From positions 1,664,001 to 1,728,000 of the forward strand of contig OZ252299.1 of assembly GCA_965250285.1 (NCBI GenBank): a stretch of 64,000 nt of DNA. Direction: 5' to 3'. Within the stretch, counting starts at the first letter, position 1. Each line of letters starts with the position of its first letter. The notes under the pieces were generated by a model that saw only the letters and a list, made by a program, of their open reading frames with translations, was not told where the DNA came from and made no database searches. Below are positions 8,756-17,895 of this stretch, piece after piece. The position numbers were made by a program, and so were the translations under genes. This DNA comes from Myxococcota bacterium. GTDB lineage: Bacteria; Myxococcota_A; UBA9160; UBA4427.

Positions 8756-10588
8756 ATGAACATCCTCGGCATCTCGGCCTACTACCACGACAGCGCGGCG
8801 TGCCTCGTGCAGGACGGTCGAATCGTGGCGGCGGCGCAGGAAGAGCGCTTCACGCGCAAGAAGCACGACTACAACTTCCCGTCGAACGCCATCGACTTCT
8901 GCCTCGAGCAGGGCGGCATCCAGACGAGCGACCTCGACCTCGTCACCTTCTACGACAAGCCGCTGCTCAAGTTCGACCGCCTGCTCGAGACGTACATCGC
9001 CTACGCCCCCTCGGGGTTCAAGCTGTTCCTCATGGGGCTGCCGCTCTGGCTCAAGCAGAAGCTGCATACACCGCGCGAGCTCGATCGCGGACTCAAGGGC
9101 GAATACAAGGGACGTTTCGTCTTCACCGAGCATCACGAGTCGCATGCGGCCAGCGCGTTCTTCCCGTCGCCGTTCGAGGACGCTGCGGTGCTGACACTCG
9201 ATGGCGTCGGCGAGTGGGCCACGGGCTCGATCGCGCACGGTCGAGGGCACGAGCTCTCGATGCTCAAGGAGCTGCGCTTCCCGCACTCGCTCGGCCTCTT
9301 GTACTCGGCGTTCACCTACTTCACCGGCTTCAAGGTGAACAGCGGTGAATACAAGCTGATGGGCCTCGCTCCGTACGGCGACCCGGTCTACAAGGACCTG
9401 ATGATCGAGAAGCTGCTCGACATCAAGGACGACGGCTCATTCCGCATGGACATGAGCTACTTCGGGTTCTGCAACAGCGACGTGATGACGTCGCCGAAGA
9501 TGGACACGCTCTTCGGCGGCCCCCCGCGCAAGAGCGAGACCGAGATCTCGCAGCGCGAGATGGACATCGCGGCGTCGATTCAGGCCGTGACCGAAGAGAT
9601 CGTGCTGAAGATCGCGAACTATGCACACGAGCAGACCGGCTCGAAGAATCTGTGCATGGCGGGGGGTGTCGCGCTGAACTGCGTGGCGAACGGACGGGTC
9701 CTCCGCGAGGGCCCCTTCGAGAACGTATGGATCCAGCCTGCGGCCGGGGATGCCGGCGGCGCGCTCGGCGCAGCACTCTTCACCTGGCATCAGCTGCTCG
9801 GCAACGAGCGCAAGGTGGACCCGGGTGATGCGCAGTACGGCTCGCTGCTCGGCCCCGAGTTCGAGGAGGACGAGGTCGTCTCGTACCTCAAGTCGGTCGG
9901 GGCCGTGTATCACAAGTACGACGACGAGGAGAAGCTCGTCGACGCCATCGCCGAGCTGATCGCGAGCGAGAAGGTCGTCGGTCACTTCGCGGACCGGGCC
10001 GAGTTCGGTCCGCGTGCCCTCGGGAGCCGCTCGATCCTCGGGGATGGCCGCTCGACCAAGATGCAGGAGACGATGAACTTGAAGATCAAGTTCAGGGAGT
10101 CGTTCCGCCCGTTCGCACCGGCGGTGCTCCGCGACGACGTCCACGAGTACTTCGACATGCGCGAGGACGAGAACAGCCCGTACATGCTGCTCGTGGCGCC
10201 GGTGAAGGACGAGAAGCGACTGCCGGTCGCCGAAGCCGATCAGGCCAAGGGTCTCGGCAAGCTGAAGGAGGTGCGGTCGGTCGTGCCCGCCATCACGCAC
10301 GTCGACTACTCGGCCCGCGTGCAGACGATCGATGAGGAGCATCACCCGCGCTTCCACAAGATCATCACCGCCTTCAAGCGCAAGACGGGCAGCCCGGTCG
10401 TGATCAACACCAGCTTCAATGTGCGCGGCGAACCGATCGTCAACACGCCCCACGACGCCTACCGCTGCTTCATGCACACCAACATGGACGTGCTGGTGCT
10501 CGAGAACGTGATCCTGTTGAAGGACGAGCAGCCGGGCGCGGGCGAGATCGACGAGGCGGCCTACCTGGCCGAGTTCGCCCTCGACTGA
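8756..10588 (+). CDS. O-carbamoyltransferase (NodU/CmcH/TobZ/SxtI family)
   Basis: YYHDSAA, EERFTRKKH, EHHESHAASAF, DGVGE, GEYKLMGLAPYG, AGGVALNC, EFGPRALGSRS, KFRESFRPFAP, NTSFNVRGEPIV. Confidence 0.95.
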   Translation: MNILGISAYYHDSAACLVQDGRIVAAAQEERFTRKKHDYNFPSNAIDFCLEQGGIQTSDLDLVTFYDKPLLKFDRLLETYIAYAPSGFKLFLMGLPLWLKQKLHTPRELDRGLKGEYKGRFVFTEHHESHAASAFFPSPFEDAAVLTLDGVGEWATGSIAHGRGHELSMLKELRFPHSLGLLYSAFTYFTGFKVNSGEYKLMGLAPYGDPVYKDLMIEKLLDIKDDGSFRMDMSYFGFCNSDVMTSPKMDTLFGGPPRKSETEISQREMDIAASIQAVTEEIVLKIANYAHEQTGSKNLCMAGGVALNCVANGRVLREGPFENVWIQPAAGDAGGALGAALFTWHQLLGNERKVDPGDAQYGSLLGPEFEEDEVVSYLKSVGAVYHKYDDEEKLVDAIAELIASEKVVGHFADRAEFGPRALGSRSILGDGRSTKMQETMNLKIKFRESFRPFAPAVLRDDVHEYFDMREDENSPYMLLVAPVKDEKRLPVAEADQAKGLGKLKEVRSVVPAITHVDYSARVQTIDEEHHPRFHKIITAFKRKTGSPVVINTSFNVRGEPIVNTPHDAYRCFMHTNMDVLVLENVILLKDEQPGAGEIDEAAYLAEFALD

Positions 10589-10639
10589 TTCCCGGCCGCG
10601 TCGCACCTCGATTCGAGCACCCCGAGAAGGACATCGACC

Positions 10640-11086
10640 ATGTCGAAGATGATCGAAATCAACCTGCGTCCCGACGAGAAGACGCTGCGCCAGTTCGGCT
10701 GGATCGCGCTGGTGGGCTTCTCGTTCATCGCCGTGATCGCCTGGTACGAGAAGCTGATCTTCGCCTTCGGGCTCGGCGATGCCCGGGAGATCGTCGCCTA
10801 CACGTTTGCGGGCCTTGCGGCGGCGTCGGCGTTCTTCTCGCTGGTGTTTCCCAAGGCGAACCTGCCGATCTACCTCGGGCTCACGATCCTGTCCTTCCCG
10901 ATCGGGTTCGTGCTCAGCTACGTGATTATGGGGACGCTCTTCTATCTGTTGATCTCGCCCGTGGCGATCTTCTTCAAGATCACGGGCCGCGATGCGATGC
11001 ACCGGCGCTTCGACCCCGACGCCACGACCTATTGGTCCGATCCGCGCCCCGCGCGCGGTCCCGAGAGCTACTTCAAGCAGTATTGA
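10640..11086 (+). CDS. SxtJ family membrane protein
   Basis: LRQFG, several TM segments, GRDAM.R...TYW, C-terminal YFKQY; follows the carbamoyltransferase. Confidence 0.85.
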   Translation: MSKMIEINLRPDEKTLRQFGWIALVGFSFIAVIAWYEKLIFAFGLGDAREIVAYTFAGLAAASAFFSLVFPKANLPIYLGLTILSFPIGFVLSYVIMGTLFYLLISPVAIFFKITGRDAMHRRFDPDATTYWSDPRPARGPESYFKQY

Positions 11087-11138
11087 GGATCCGGCCAGGA
11101 CGGTCCTCTCAACGCACCCGAACGGAGACTTCGCCGAC

Positions 11139-11342
11139 ATGTCAGAGCAGAACGACGCCAAGGATTTCGCCGCCCAGGCGGCCTCGGACGAGCGCACCGG
11201 GCTCGGCGGCGAGTTCGTCGCCTTCTTGAAGGAGAACAAGAAGTGGTGGCTCGCCCCCATCATCTTCTCGATTCTCGGCCTGGGTCTGCTCGTGCTGCTC
11301 GGTGGCACGGCCGCTGCGCCCTTCATCTACACGCTCTTCTAG
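11139..11342 (+). CDS. DUF5989/SxtK-like single-TM microprotein (67 aa)
   Basis: FLKENKKWWLAPII...APFIYTLF signature; GGAG upstream. Confidence 0.88.
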   Translation: MSEQNDAKDFAAQAASDERTGLGGEFVAFLKENKKWWLAPIIFSILGLGLLVLLGGTAAAPFIYTLF

Positions 11343-11495
11343 GGTCGACCCTCCTCCGGCGCCGCCCGGCGTCGGAGGAGCGCGCGTCCGAGGCCCGCTG
11401 AACGAGGGCGCGACGCGTGCCCCGGGGCAGGCGTGGCCCGTCCCGGACGTGGCCGGGTCGATCGTCGCGGCGTGCGCCGCCGTGGGGTGGATCGC

Positions 11496-12626
11496 TTGAA
11501 CGCAGTGCTCGTCGTCGTCTTGCTCTCCGGCGCGTGGGTCGTCTACGCGTACGCGGGCTACCCGCTGCTGCTCTGGCTGCTGGCGCGAATCTCGCCGCGC
11601 GAGATTCGCGAAGCCGCGATCCATCCCTCGCTCTCGATCATCATCACGGTCCACAATGGCGCGGCCGAGCTCCCCGCCAAGCTCGAGGCCACGCTCGCGC
11701 TCCCGTACCCGGGTGCGAAGGAAATCATCGTGTCGTCGGATGGCTCGACCGACGAGACCGAGTCGATCGTCCGCAGCTTCGAGGCGAAGGGGGTTCGACT
11801 CGTGGCGTCGGCCGAGCGAGCGGGCAAGGAGGCCGGGCAGGCGCGCGCGATCGCCGTCGCCGAGGGCGAGATCCTCGTGTTCACCGACGGGCGGACGCGG
11901 CTCGGCGAACAGGCCCTCGTCGAGCTCGTAAAGCCCTTCGCCGACCCGACGATCGGCGCCGTCTCCACCGAGGACGACGTCGAGTCGGAAGGCGGCGAGG
12001 GCGCCTATGTGCGGTACGAGATGGCCCTGCGAAGGTTGGAGAACCGCGCGACCAGTCTCGTCGGTCTGTCGGGCTCGGGTTTCGCCGTTCGCCGCGAGCT
12101 GGCCCAGCCCTGGCCGACCGATCTGGCGAGCGACTTCAGAACCGCGCTCGAGGTCGGACGCCGCGGGTACCGAGCCGTATCGCAACCGACCGCCGTGGCT
12201 TCCTTCGAGGCGCTCGACGACCCCGCCCGGGAGTGGGAGCGCAAGGTGCGCACGGTGCGCCGGGGCATCGCCGTGCTGTCGCACCACCGCGCGTTGCTCT
12301 CGCCGCGCTACGGCCGCGTCGCGTTCTCGGTCTGGGGCCACAAAGTCGCTCGATTCACCGCGCCGTTCGCGCTCGTCGCCATGCTGGTCGCGCCCGCGCT
12401 CGGCGCGCTGGCCGACCCGCGCTGGGCCGCGTTCTTTGCGCTCGAGGTCGCCGCGATCGCAGGAGCGCTGCTCGCGCTCGTATCCCCCGCCGTCGCCCGC
12501 GTGATGCCGCTTCGGCTCGGAGGCTTCTTCTTGCTCGTCAACGCGTCGATCCTGCAGGCGTGGGTGCACCACTGGCGCGGGGAACGCGCCGTGACGTGGA
12601 CGCCGACGCGCGAGCGCGCATCGTGA
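11496..12626 (+). CDS. Glycosyltransferase family 2, membrane-bound
   Basis: YAYAGYPLLL, SDGSTD, GKEAG, ASDF, WGHK; start uncertain. Confidence 0.85.
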   Translation: MNAVLVVVLLSGAWVVYAYAGYPLLLWLLARISPREIREAAIHPSLSIIITVHNGAAELPAKLEATLALPYPGAKEIIVSSDGSTDETESIVRSFEAKGVRLVASAERAGKEAGQARAIAVAEGEILVFTDGRTRLGEQALVELVKPFADPTIGAVSTEDDVESEGGEGAYVRYEMALRRLENRATSLVGLSGSGFAVRRELAQPWPTDLASDFRTALEVGRRGYRAVSQPTAVASFEALDDPAREWERKVRTVRRGIAVLSHHRALLSPRYGRVAFSVWGHKVARFTAPFALVAMLVAPALGALADPRWAAFFALEVAAIAGALLALVSPAVARVMPLRLGGFFLLVNASILQAWVHHWRGERAVTWTPTRERAS

Positions 12627-12633
12627 TGCGGCG

Positions 12634-13839
12634 ATGGTCCTCGAGGCCGCGTCGGTGAGTCGTGTGGCTCGGCTGCGCTTGCCGCCTTCGGGCGATGCGC
12701 TCGGGGCGGCGGCGTGGCGGCGTCTCGTCAAGCGGCAGCCGACGAGTGCGAGCCTGGCCCGGCGTCTCGCGCTGCGTCTCGGTGCCGACCGCGTGTGGCT
12801 GCTGCGGTCGGGACGCGAAGCGATGCGCCGCGGTCTCGAGCTCGCCGCTCGCAGCACCGGTCGGGGCGAGATCCTCGTGCCCGCCTACTGCTGCTTCTCG
12901 GTCGCCGCAGCGGCGGTCGCTGCGGGCCTGCGCGTACGTCTGGTCGATGTCGACCCGGTCGGGCGCATCGATCTGGAGGCCCTCTCGAAGGCGCCGCTCG
13001 ACGACGTCGCAGCGGTCGTCGTGTGCAACCTCTTCGGGCGTGCCGAACCGGTCGAGGCGATTCGCCGTCACGCTTCTGCGGCGGGGGCGTGGCTGGTCGA
13101 CGATGCGGCGCAGGCATTCGGCGCAACGGCGTCGAGCTCGATGGGTCGATCGGTGGGCGCACGGGGTGATCTCGGCGTGCTGAGCTTTGGTCGCGGCAAG
13201 CCGCTGTCGGGCCTCGGTGGGGGCGCCCTCGTGCTGGGCTCGGGCACCGAAGCCCACGCCGACGAAGCGCCGGCCGAAGTCGCACCGGCGCCGGCACGCG
13301 CCCTCGCGAAGGCGCTGGCCTGGGATCTCGCTCTTCAGCCGGCCGTCTTCACGGGCTTGGCGAGCATCCCCGCGCTCGGGATCGGAGAGACGCCCTTCGC
13401 CCCCGACTTCGAGCGCGGTGGCATCGACGGCGCGTCGCTCGTGCTCACCGATCTCGCCCTCGACGCCGCGGCCGCGACCGCCGAAGCCCGGTGTCACGAC
13501 GCCCGTCGCCTCGCCGACGCCCTGCACGCACGCACGCGATTCGAGGTCATCGAGTCGGAGCCAGGGGAGCACGCGGTCTCGCCGCGGCTCGTCGTCCGGG
13601 CCCCCGACGAGGCCGCCCGCTCGGCGGCGCTCGCGGGGTTGGCTCGTGTCGGCGCCGGGGCGAGTGGCCTCTACCCCGCGGCCCTGAGCCGCTTGGAGGC
13701 TCTCCGTCCACACCGCGTCGACACGGCATCGATGCCCGGGGCCGAGCGCCTCGCAGGGCGAATCCTCACGCTTCCGGTCAACGGCTCGCTTCGTGGTGCG
13801 CGCTGGGAAGCCGCCCTGGCCGAGCTCGCGCGCCTCTGA
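12634..13839 (+). CDS. DegT/DnrJ/EryC1/StrS PLP-dependent aminotransferase
   Basis: SGREA, VPAYCCFSV, DDAAQAFG, SFGRGKPLSGLGGG, ILTLPV. Confidence 0.85.
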   Translation: MVLEAASVSRVARLRLPPSGDALGAAAWRRLVKRQPTSASLARRLALRLGADRVWLLRSGREAMRRGLELAARSTGRGEILVPAYCCFSVAAAAVAAGLRVRLVDVDPVGRIDLEALSKAPLDDVAAVVVCNLFGRAEPVEAIRRHASAAGAWLVDDAAQAFGATASSSMGRSVGARGDLGVLSFGRGKPLSGLGGGALVLGSGTEAHADEAPAEVAPAPARALAKALAWDLALQPAVFTGLASIPALGIGETPFAPDFERGGIDGASLVLTDLALDAAAATAEARCHDARRLADALHARTRFEVIESEPGEHAVSPRLVVRAPDEAARSAALAGLARVGAGASGLYPAALSRLEALRPHRVDTASMPGAERLAGRILTLPVNGSLRGARWEAALAELARL

Positions 13840-13939
13840 GGGCTCGGGCGGCGGCGGGTTTCGGGCGGGCGCCGGCGTCCGTCGAGTGAGGCACCTTCTC
13901 CCACCGACCCAAGCAGAGTCGACGAAACTTCGAGCCTGG

Positions 13940-14764
13940 TCAGGCGGCGCGGGCCGCTGCGGCTTCGGTCAGCGCGCCGTCGTGTCGTGCGTCGAGGACG
14001 GCGACCAAGGCGGCGGCCAGCGCGGCGACGATCAGCGGGCCGTCGTCGAGGGCGGCGAGTGCGCCGGCTCGATTCGACGCCCCCGCGCGCAGCAGCGCCG
14101 TGAGCATCACCGTGCTCTGCAGCGCAAAGCCGAGGGCGCCGAAGGCGGCCGTCCGACCGAGCAGCCGGAGCGGCGCGTCGGCGCGGCGCAGCCCCTGGGC
14201 GAATCCGACGAGAGCGAGCGCATGCGCCAGCACGAGGCCATCGTCTTCGGGAAAGAACTCGACGCGCGTCTCATCCGGACCGTATGCGACGGGCCCGACG
14301 CGCTCGAACTCGGCGCCGAGACCCTCGGCGACCGGCGCGAGCAGCTGCATCCAGAGTGACTCGAGGTCGGGGGAGAGGCTCTCGAGGACGAAGATCGGCA
14401 CCGGTACGAGCCACACGACCAGCAGCGCGACGGGCAGGGCTGGACGCCCGGTCCAGCCCGCGACGCCAATGATGCCGAGCGCCAGGCCGCCCAGGCCGAG
14501 CGACGGCGAGTCGACCTCGAAGCCGACGAGCATCGCCACAGGCGCGATCACCACGCACGCGAGCCCGATGGCGCGATGGGGCTGCGCGGGCTCGCCGCGG
14601 CTTCGCCAGGCCAGGGCGCCAAAGAGGATCGGTGCGAGCAGGATCGTCCGGCTCTCGGGCCGTTCCGTGAGCCAGGTGGGGACGTGGGTCAGCAGCGGGG
14701 ACGCCGCGACCGCCAGAGCCGCCCAGAGCGCCCAGCGCCCGACGCCGTTCGAGGCCGGGGTCAG
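13940..14764 (-). CDS. Exosortase (EpsH)-like membrane protein with degenerate catalytic site; probable CTG start
   Basis: Frame stays open and hydrophobic upstream of the track's GTG (14554); exosortase layout (W..RPESRTILLAPILFGALAWRSR; LVPVP; GAEFERVG...FPEDDGL); GGAG 7 nt before CTG. Confidence 0.65.
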   Translation of the reverse strand: MTPASNGVGRWALWAALAVAASPLLTHVPTWLTERPESRTILLAPILFGALAWRSRGEPAQPHRAIGLACVVIAPVAMLVGFEVDSPSLGLGGLALGIIGVAGWTGRPALPVALLVVWLVPVPIFVLESLSPDLESLWMQLLAPVAEGLGAEFERVGPVAYGPDETRVEFFPEDDGLVLAHALALVGFAQGLRRADAPLRLLGRTAAFGALGFALQSTVMLTALLRAGASNRAGALAALDDGPLIVAALAAALVAVLDARHDGALTEAAAARAA

Positions 14765-14780
14765 GACGCAGCTCCGGAGA

Positions 14781-16161
14781 TCAGACGCCCTGGAAGGTGA
14801 CGAGGGTCTTGACCGTCTGCCAGAGAACCAGCAGGTCCATCTGGAACGAGCGGTACTTGAGGTAGTACAGGTCGAGGGCGAGCTTCTCTTCGAAGCCCGC
14901 GAGGTCGTTCACGTAGCCGTGACGAATCTGCGCCCACCCGGTGCCCCCCCGGCTTCACGCTGCAGCGGAGCCGGAAGTACGGATAGCGCTCCGAGATCGA
15001 ATCGACGAACTCGGGTCGCTCGGGGCGCGGACCGACGAAGCTCATGTCGCCGCGCAGGACGTTGATCAGCTGGGGCAGCTCGTCGATCCGTGTCTTTCGG
15101 ATGAAGCCGCCCACGCGCGTGATGCGGTCGTCCTGCTCCGCGGTGAACCGGGGGCCTTCGGCCTCGGCGTCCACCCGCATCGAGCGCAGCTTCAGCACCT
15201 CGAAGGTGCTTCCGCCGAGACCGAGCCGATCCTGCTTGAAGAGTACGGGGCCCCTCGAGTCGAGCTTGATCGCGGCGGCCGTCAGGGCCAACACGGGTGC
15301 CGAAAGCAGCAGCGCGACGCTCGCGCCGACGACGTCGAGGCTGCGCTTGAGCGCGCCCGAGATGCGCCCCTCTCGGAAGCCATCCGAGAAGATCAAGTAG
15401 CTCGCGCGCAGCCCGCGCAGGTAGATGCGGCCGGTCACACGTTCGTAGAACGAGATGCCCGACTCGACGCGGACGTTCGAGAGCTTCGCGTTGAGCAGCT
15501 CCTCTTCGGGGAAGTACTCGTTGCGGTCCTTCGAGGCCACGACGACGCGACCGATCCTGCGCGCCTGCATCACCTTCTCGATCTCGTGCACCTTGCCGAG
15601 CACGGGGTAGCCCTCGAGCGAGAACTGTCGGTGAACGAGATCTTCGTCGTCGGTCAGGAAGCCGACGAGGGAGATGCCGAGGTTGGGTCGATCGCGCATG
15701 GCGCGCGCGATGGCGAGGCCGAGCTCGCTCGCGCCGACCACGAGCACCTTCTCGTTGAAGCGGGGGAGCGACGACACCCAGCGGAAGCCGAGGCGCTCGA
15801 TGAAGAGCAGCGGGAAGTACACGCCCGCGGTGACCGCGAGGCTGCGCACGACACCGGCTTGCGTATGGACGGCGAAGTACAGCACCAGGGCGCCGACGAA
15901 AGCGAGCCCCATGGCGCTCAGCACCGAGCTGAAGTTTGCGCGTCCGCTGCCGAGGACCTGCGGGCTATACGCGTCGCAGTAGTACAGCGCGGCGAACGCC
16001 GACACGGCGCCGACGGCGGCCAGGGGCCAGAACTCGGCGGCCGCGAGCTGTTGACCGGGCATCGTCCACGCGGCGATGGCGGCGAGACCGAAGACGATGA
16101 AGTCGGCCATGACGGCGACCAGCACGCGTCTCAGGTAGGGGTTGAGTAGGTAATAGTCCAT
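14781..16161 (-). pseudogene. Priming sugar transferase (PEP-CTERM/EpsB/WcaJ type), +1 frameshift at a G7 tract
   Basis: KRSLD, KLRSM, RKTRIDELPQLINVLRGDMSFVGPRPERP, VKPG; the conserved tail TGWAQIRHGY...KLALDLYY...MDLLVLWQTVKT continues in another frame to TGA at 14781-14783. Confidence 0.85.
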
Positions 16162-16701
16162 CGAAATTAAGAACGTCTCGAGAGCGTGCGCCGGGCGAGG
16201 CGCGAGAGCTGCGGCTAGTCGATGTGTGAAACGCGGGGCGTCCAGGTTTGCGACGCACTGCGTCCAAGTCGGTTGGAACCTTGCTGACTCGGGCGCCGGT
16301 GGATGTCTTTTCGTTCCACGCGGTCCACGAGTGAGTGCCCGAAAATCTCGGAAAGGGTCAGCGGAAAACGTCCGATAATCCGGGCAGGATGCGGGGCATG
16401 CGGCGGCTTTGCGAAGCCATGATATTCGACTCGCAGGGCCTGTGTCCATCGAACCCCTCGCTCCCTCGATGGCGGAGCGGGGGAATTTGTGTGGTGAAGC
16501 TGGGGCGGTCGATTCCCCTCGAACGATCGGGATCTTTCATGCGGTGCGTCACGATTGCGCGATACTCAAGCCCGTACGCCGACTTGTGTCCGCTTTTGCG
16601 CATCAGAGGAGAGACGGCGTTTGACCGTTGTGGCGGGTTGCCCGCCGGTCCATGGTCGGCGAATCAACCACCGCGTTTTTCGATTCGACTCGGGAGTCGC
16701 C

Positions 16702-17817
16702 GTGCGCGTTGATCGCATCGACCAGGTATTCGCCGAAGCGGCGTCATCGGGCGGCGACTGGAAGCAGGCCTGGAACGCCTTCGCAGCCGCACAGCGCGGT
16801 GTTCAGCTCGGCCATGCCGCGCAGTGGATCGAGGTGTTCGAGCGCGCCTATGGCGTCGAGGTCGTGCCGCTCGTGGCTCTGGGCGAAGCGGGCGAGATTC
16901 GAGGTGTGCTGCCTCTAGCCCGCTTTCGGGGTCTGACCGGGCGGCAGGAGTGGATCTCGCTGCCGTATCTCGATGCGGCGGGCATTCTGGCAGTGGACGG
17001 CGAAGCGGCGCAGGCCCTTCACGAGGCGGCGCTCGAGCTCGCGCGGTCGACGGGCGCCGCGGCGCTCGAGCTGCGCACGCTCGACGTCGCGCCCCGATGC
17101 GACGAGACCGATGTGGCGGCGGATCCCGTCACGGAGGGCGAGGCGGTCGCGAGCGCGCCGCATCGGGTCGATCTGCGGCTCACGCTCGAAGCCGACGAAG
17201 AGGCGCAGTGGTCGGCCGTGCGCGCGAAGGTGCGCAATCAGACGCGCAAGGCGACACGCGAAGGGCTCGAGATCGGGGAAGCCCGTGGTCTCGACGCAGT
17301 CGATGCGTTCTACGAGCCTTTCTGCCAGAACATGCGCGATCTCGGCTCACCCGTGCATGGCCGATCGCTCTTCGAAGAGCTGTTGCGCGCCTTCGGCGAC
17401 CAGGCACAGCTCATCACGTGTCACGGCGGCGGACCGAGCATCGGGGGCCTGGTCGCGATCGAGTTCGCGGGCACCGTGAGTGTCCCCTGGGCCTCTACGC
17501 TCCGCTCGGAGCGCAAGAAGTGCCCGAACAACCTGATCTACTGGGAGGCTCTGCGATGGGCCGTCGAGCGCGGTGCCTCGACGTTCGACTTCGGTCGATC
17601 GCCCGTCGGTGAAGGCACCTGGCGCTTCAAGAAGGGCTGGGGGGCCGAAGAGGTGCCGCTGATCTGGTCCCGCTACGGCCCCGACGGCGGCGCCCTGCCG
17701 CTCGAGGCGGTCGGTGACGACCCGAAGATGCGACGGCTGTCCGATCTCTGGGGACGCTTGCCGGTCGGCCTCACGCGCGTCGTCGGCCCGCCGATTCGTC
17801 GCCGGCTGTCGGCGTAG
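16702..17817 (+). CDS. FemAB-related GNAT protein, PEP-CTERM system-associated
   Basis: ISLPYLDAAG, KVRNQTRKA, NMRDLGSPVH, PNNLIYW, FDFGRS, FKKGWGA; GGGAG SD. Confidence 0.88.
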   Translation: MRVDRIDQVFAEAASSGGDWKQAWNAFAAAQRGVQLGHAAQWIEVFERAYGVEVVPLVALGEAGEIRGVLPLARFRGLTGRQEWISLPYLDAAGILAVDGEAAQALHEAALELARSTGAAALELRTLDVAPRCDETDVAADPVTEGEAVASAPHRVDLRLTLEADEEAQWSAVRAKVRNQTRKATREGLEIGEARGLDAVDAFYEPFCQNMRDLGSPVHGRSLFEELLRAFGDQAQLITCHGGGPSIGGLVAIEFAGTVSVPWASTLRSERKKCPNNLIYWEALRWAVERGASTFDFGRSPVGEGTWRFKKGWGAEEVPLIWSRYGPDGGALPLEAVGDDPKMRRLSDLWGRLPVGLTRVVGPPIRRRLSA

Positions 17818-17895
17818 GTCGAAGCGCAGCCCCAGCCGCCCAGAACGCACGATCCCGTCGGTCGCGCCGCGAGCGATGTCGAAGGCGGGGCGCGG

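Noticed and set aside
8756..11342. Saxitoxin cluster (sxtI/J/K homologues)
   Set aside because: No sxtA, sxtG or other core genes; this trio is widespread and here sits among polysaccharide genes.
14761..14943. C-terminus of the 562-aa ORF as given in the track
   Set aside because: Out-of-frame product after the G7 frameshift; the conserved tail is in another frame.
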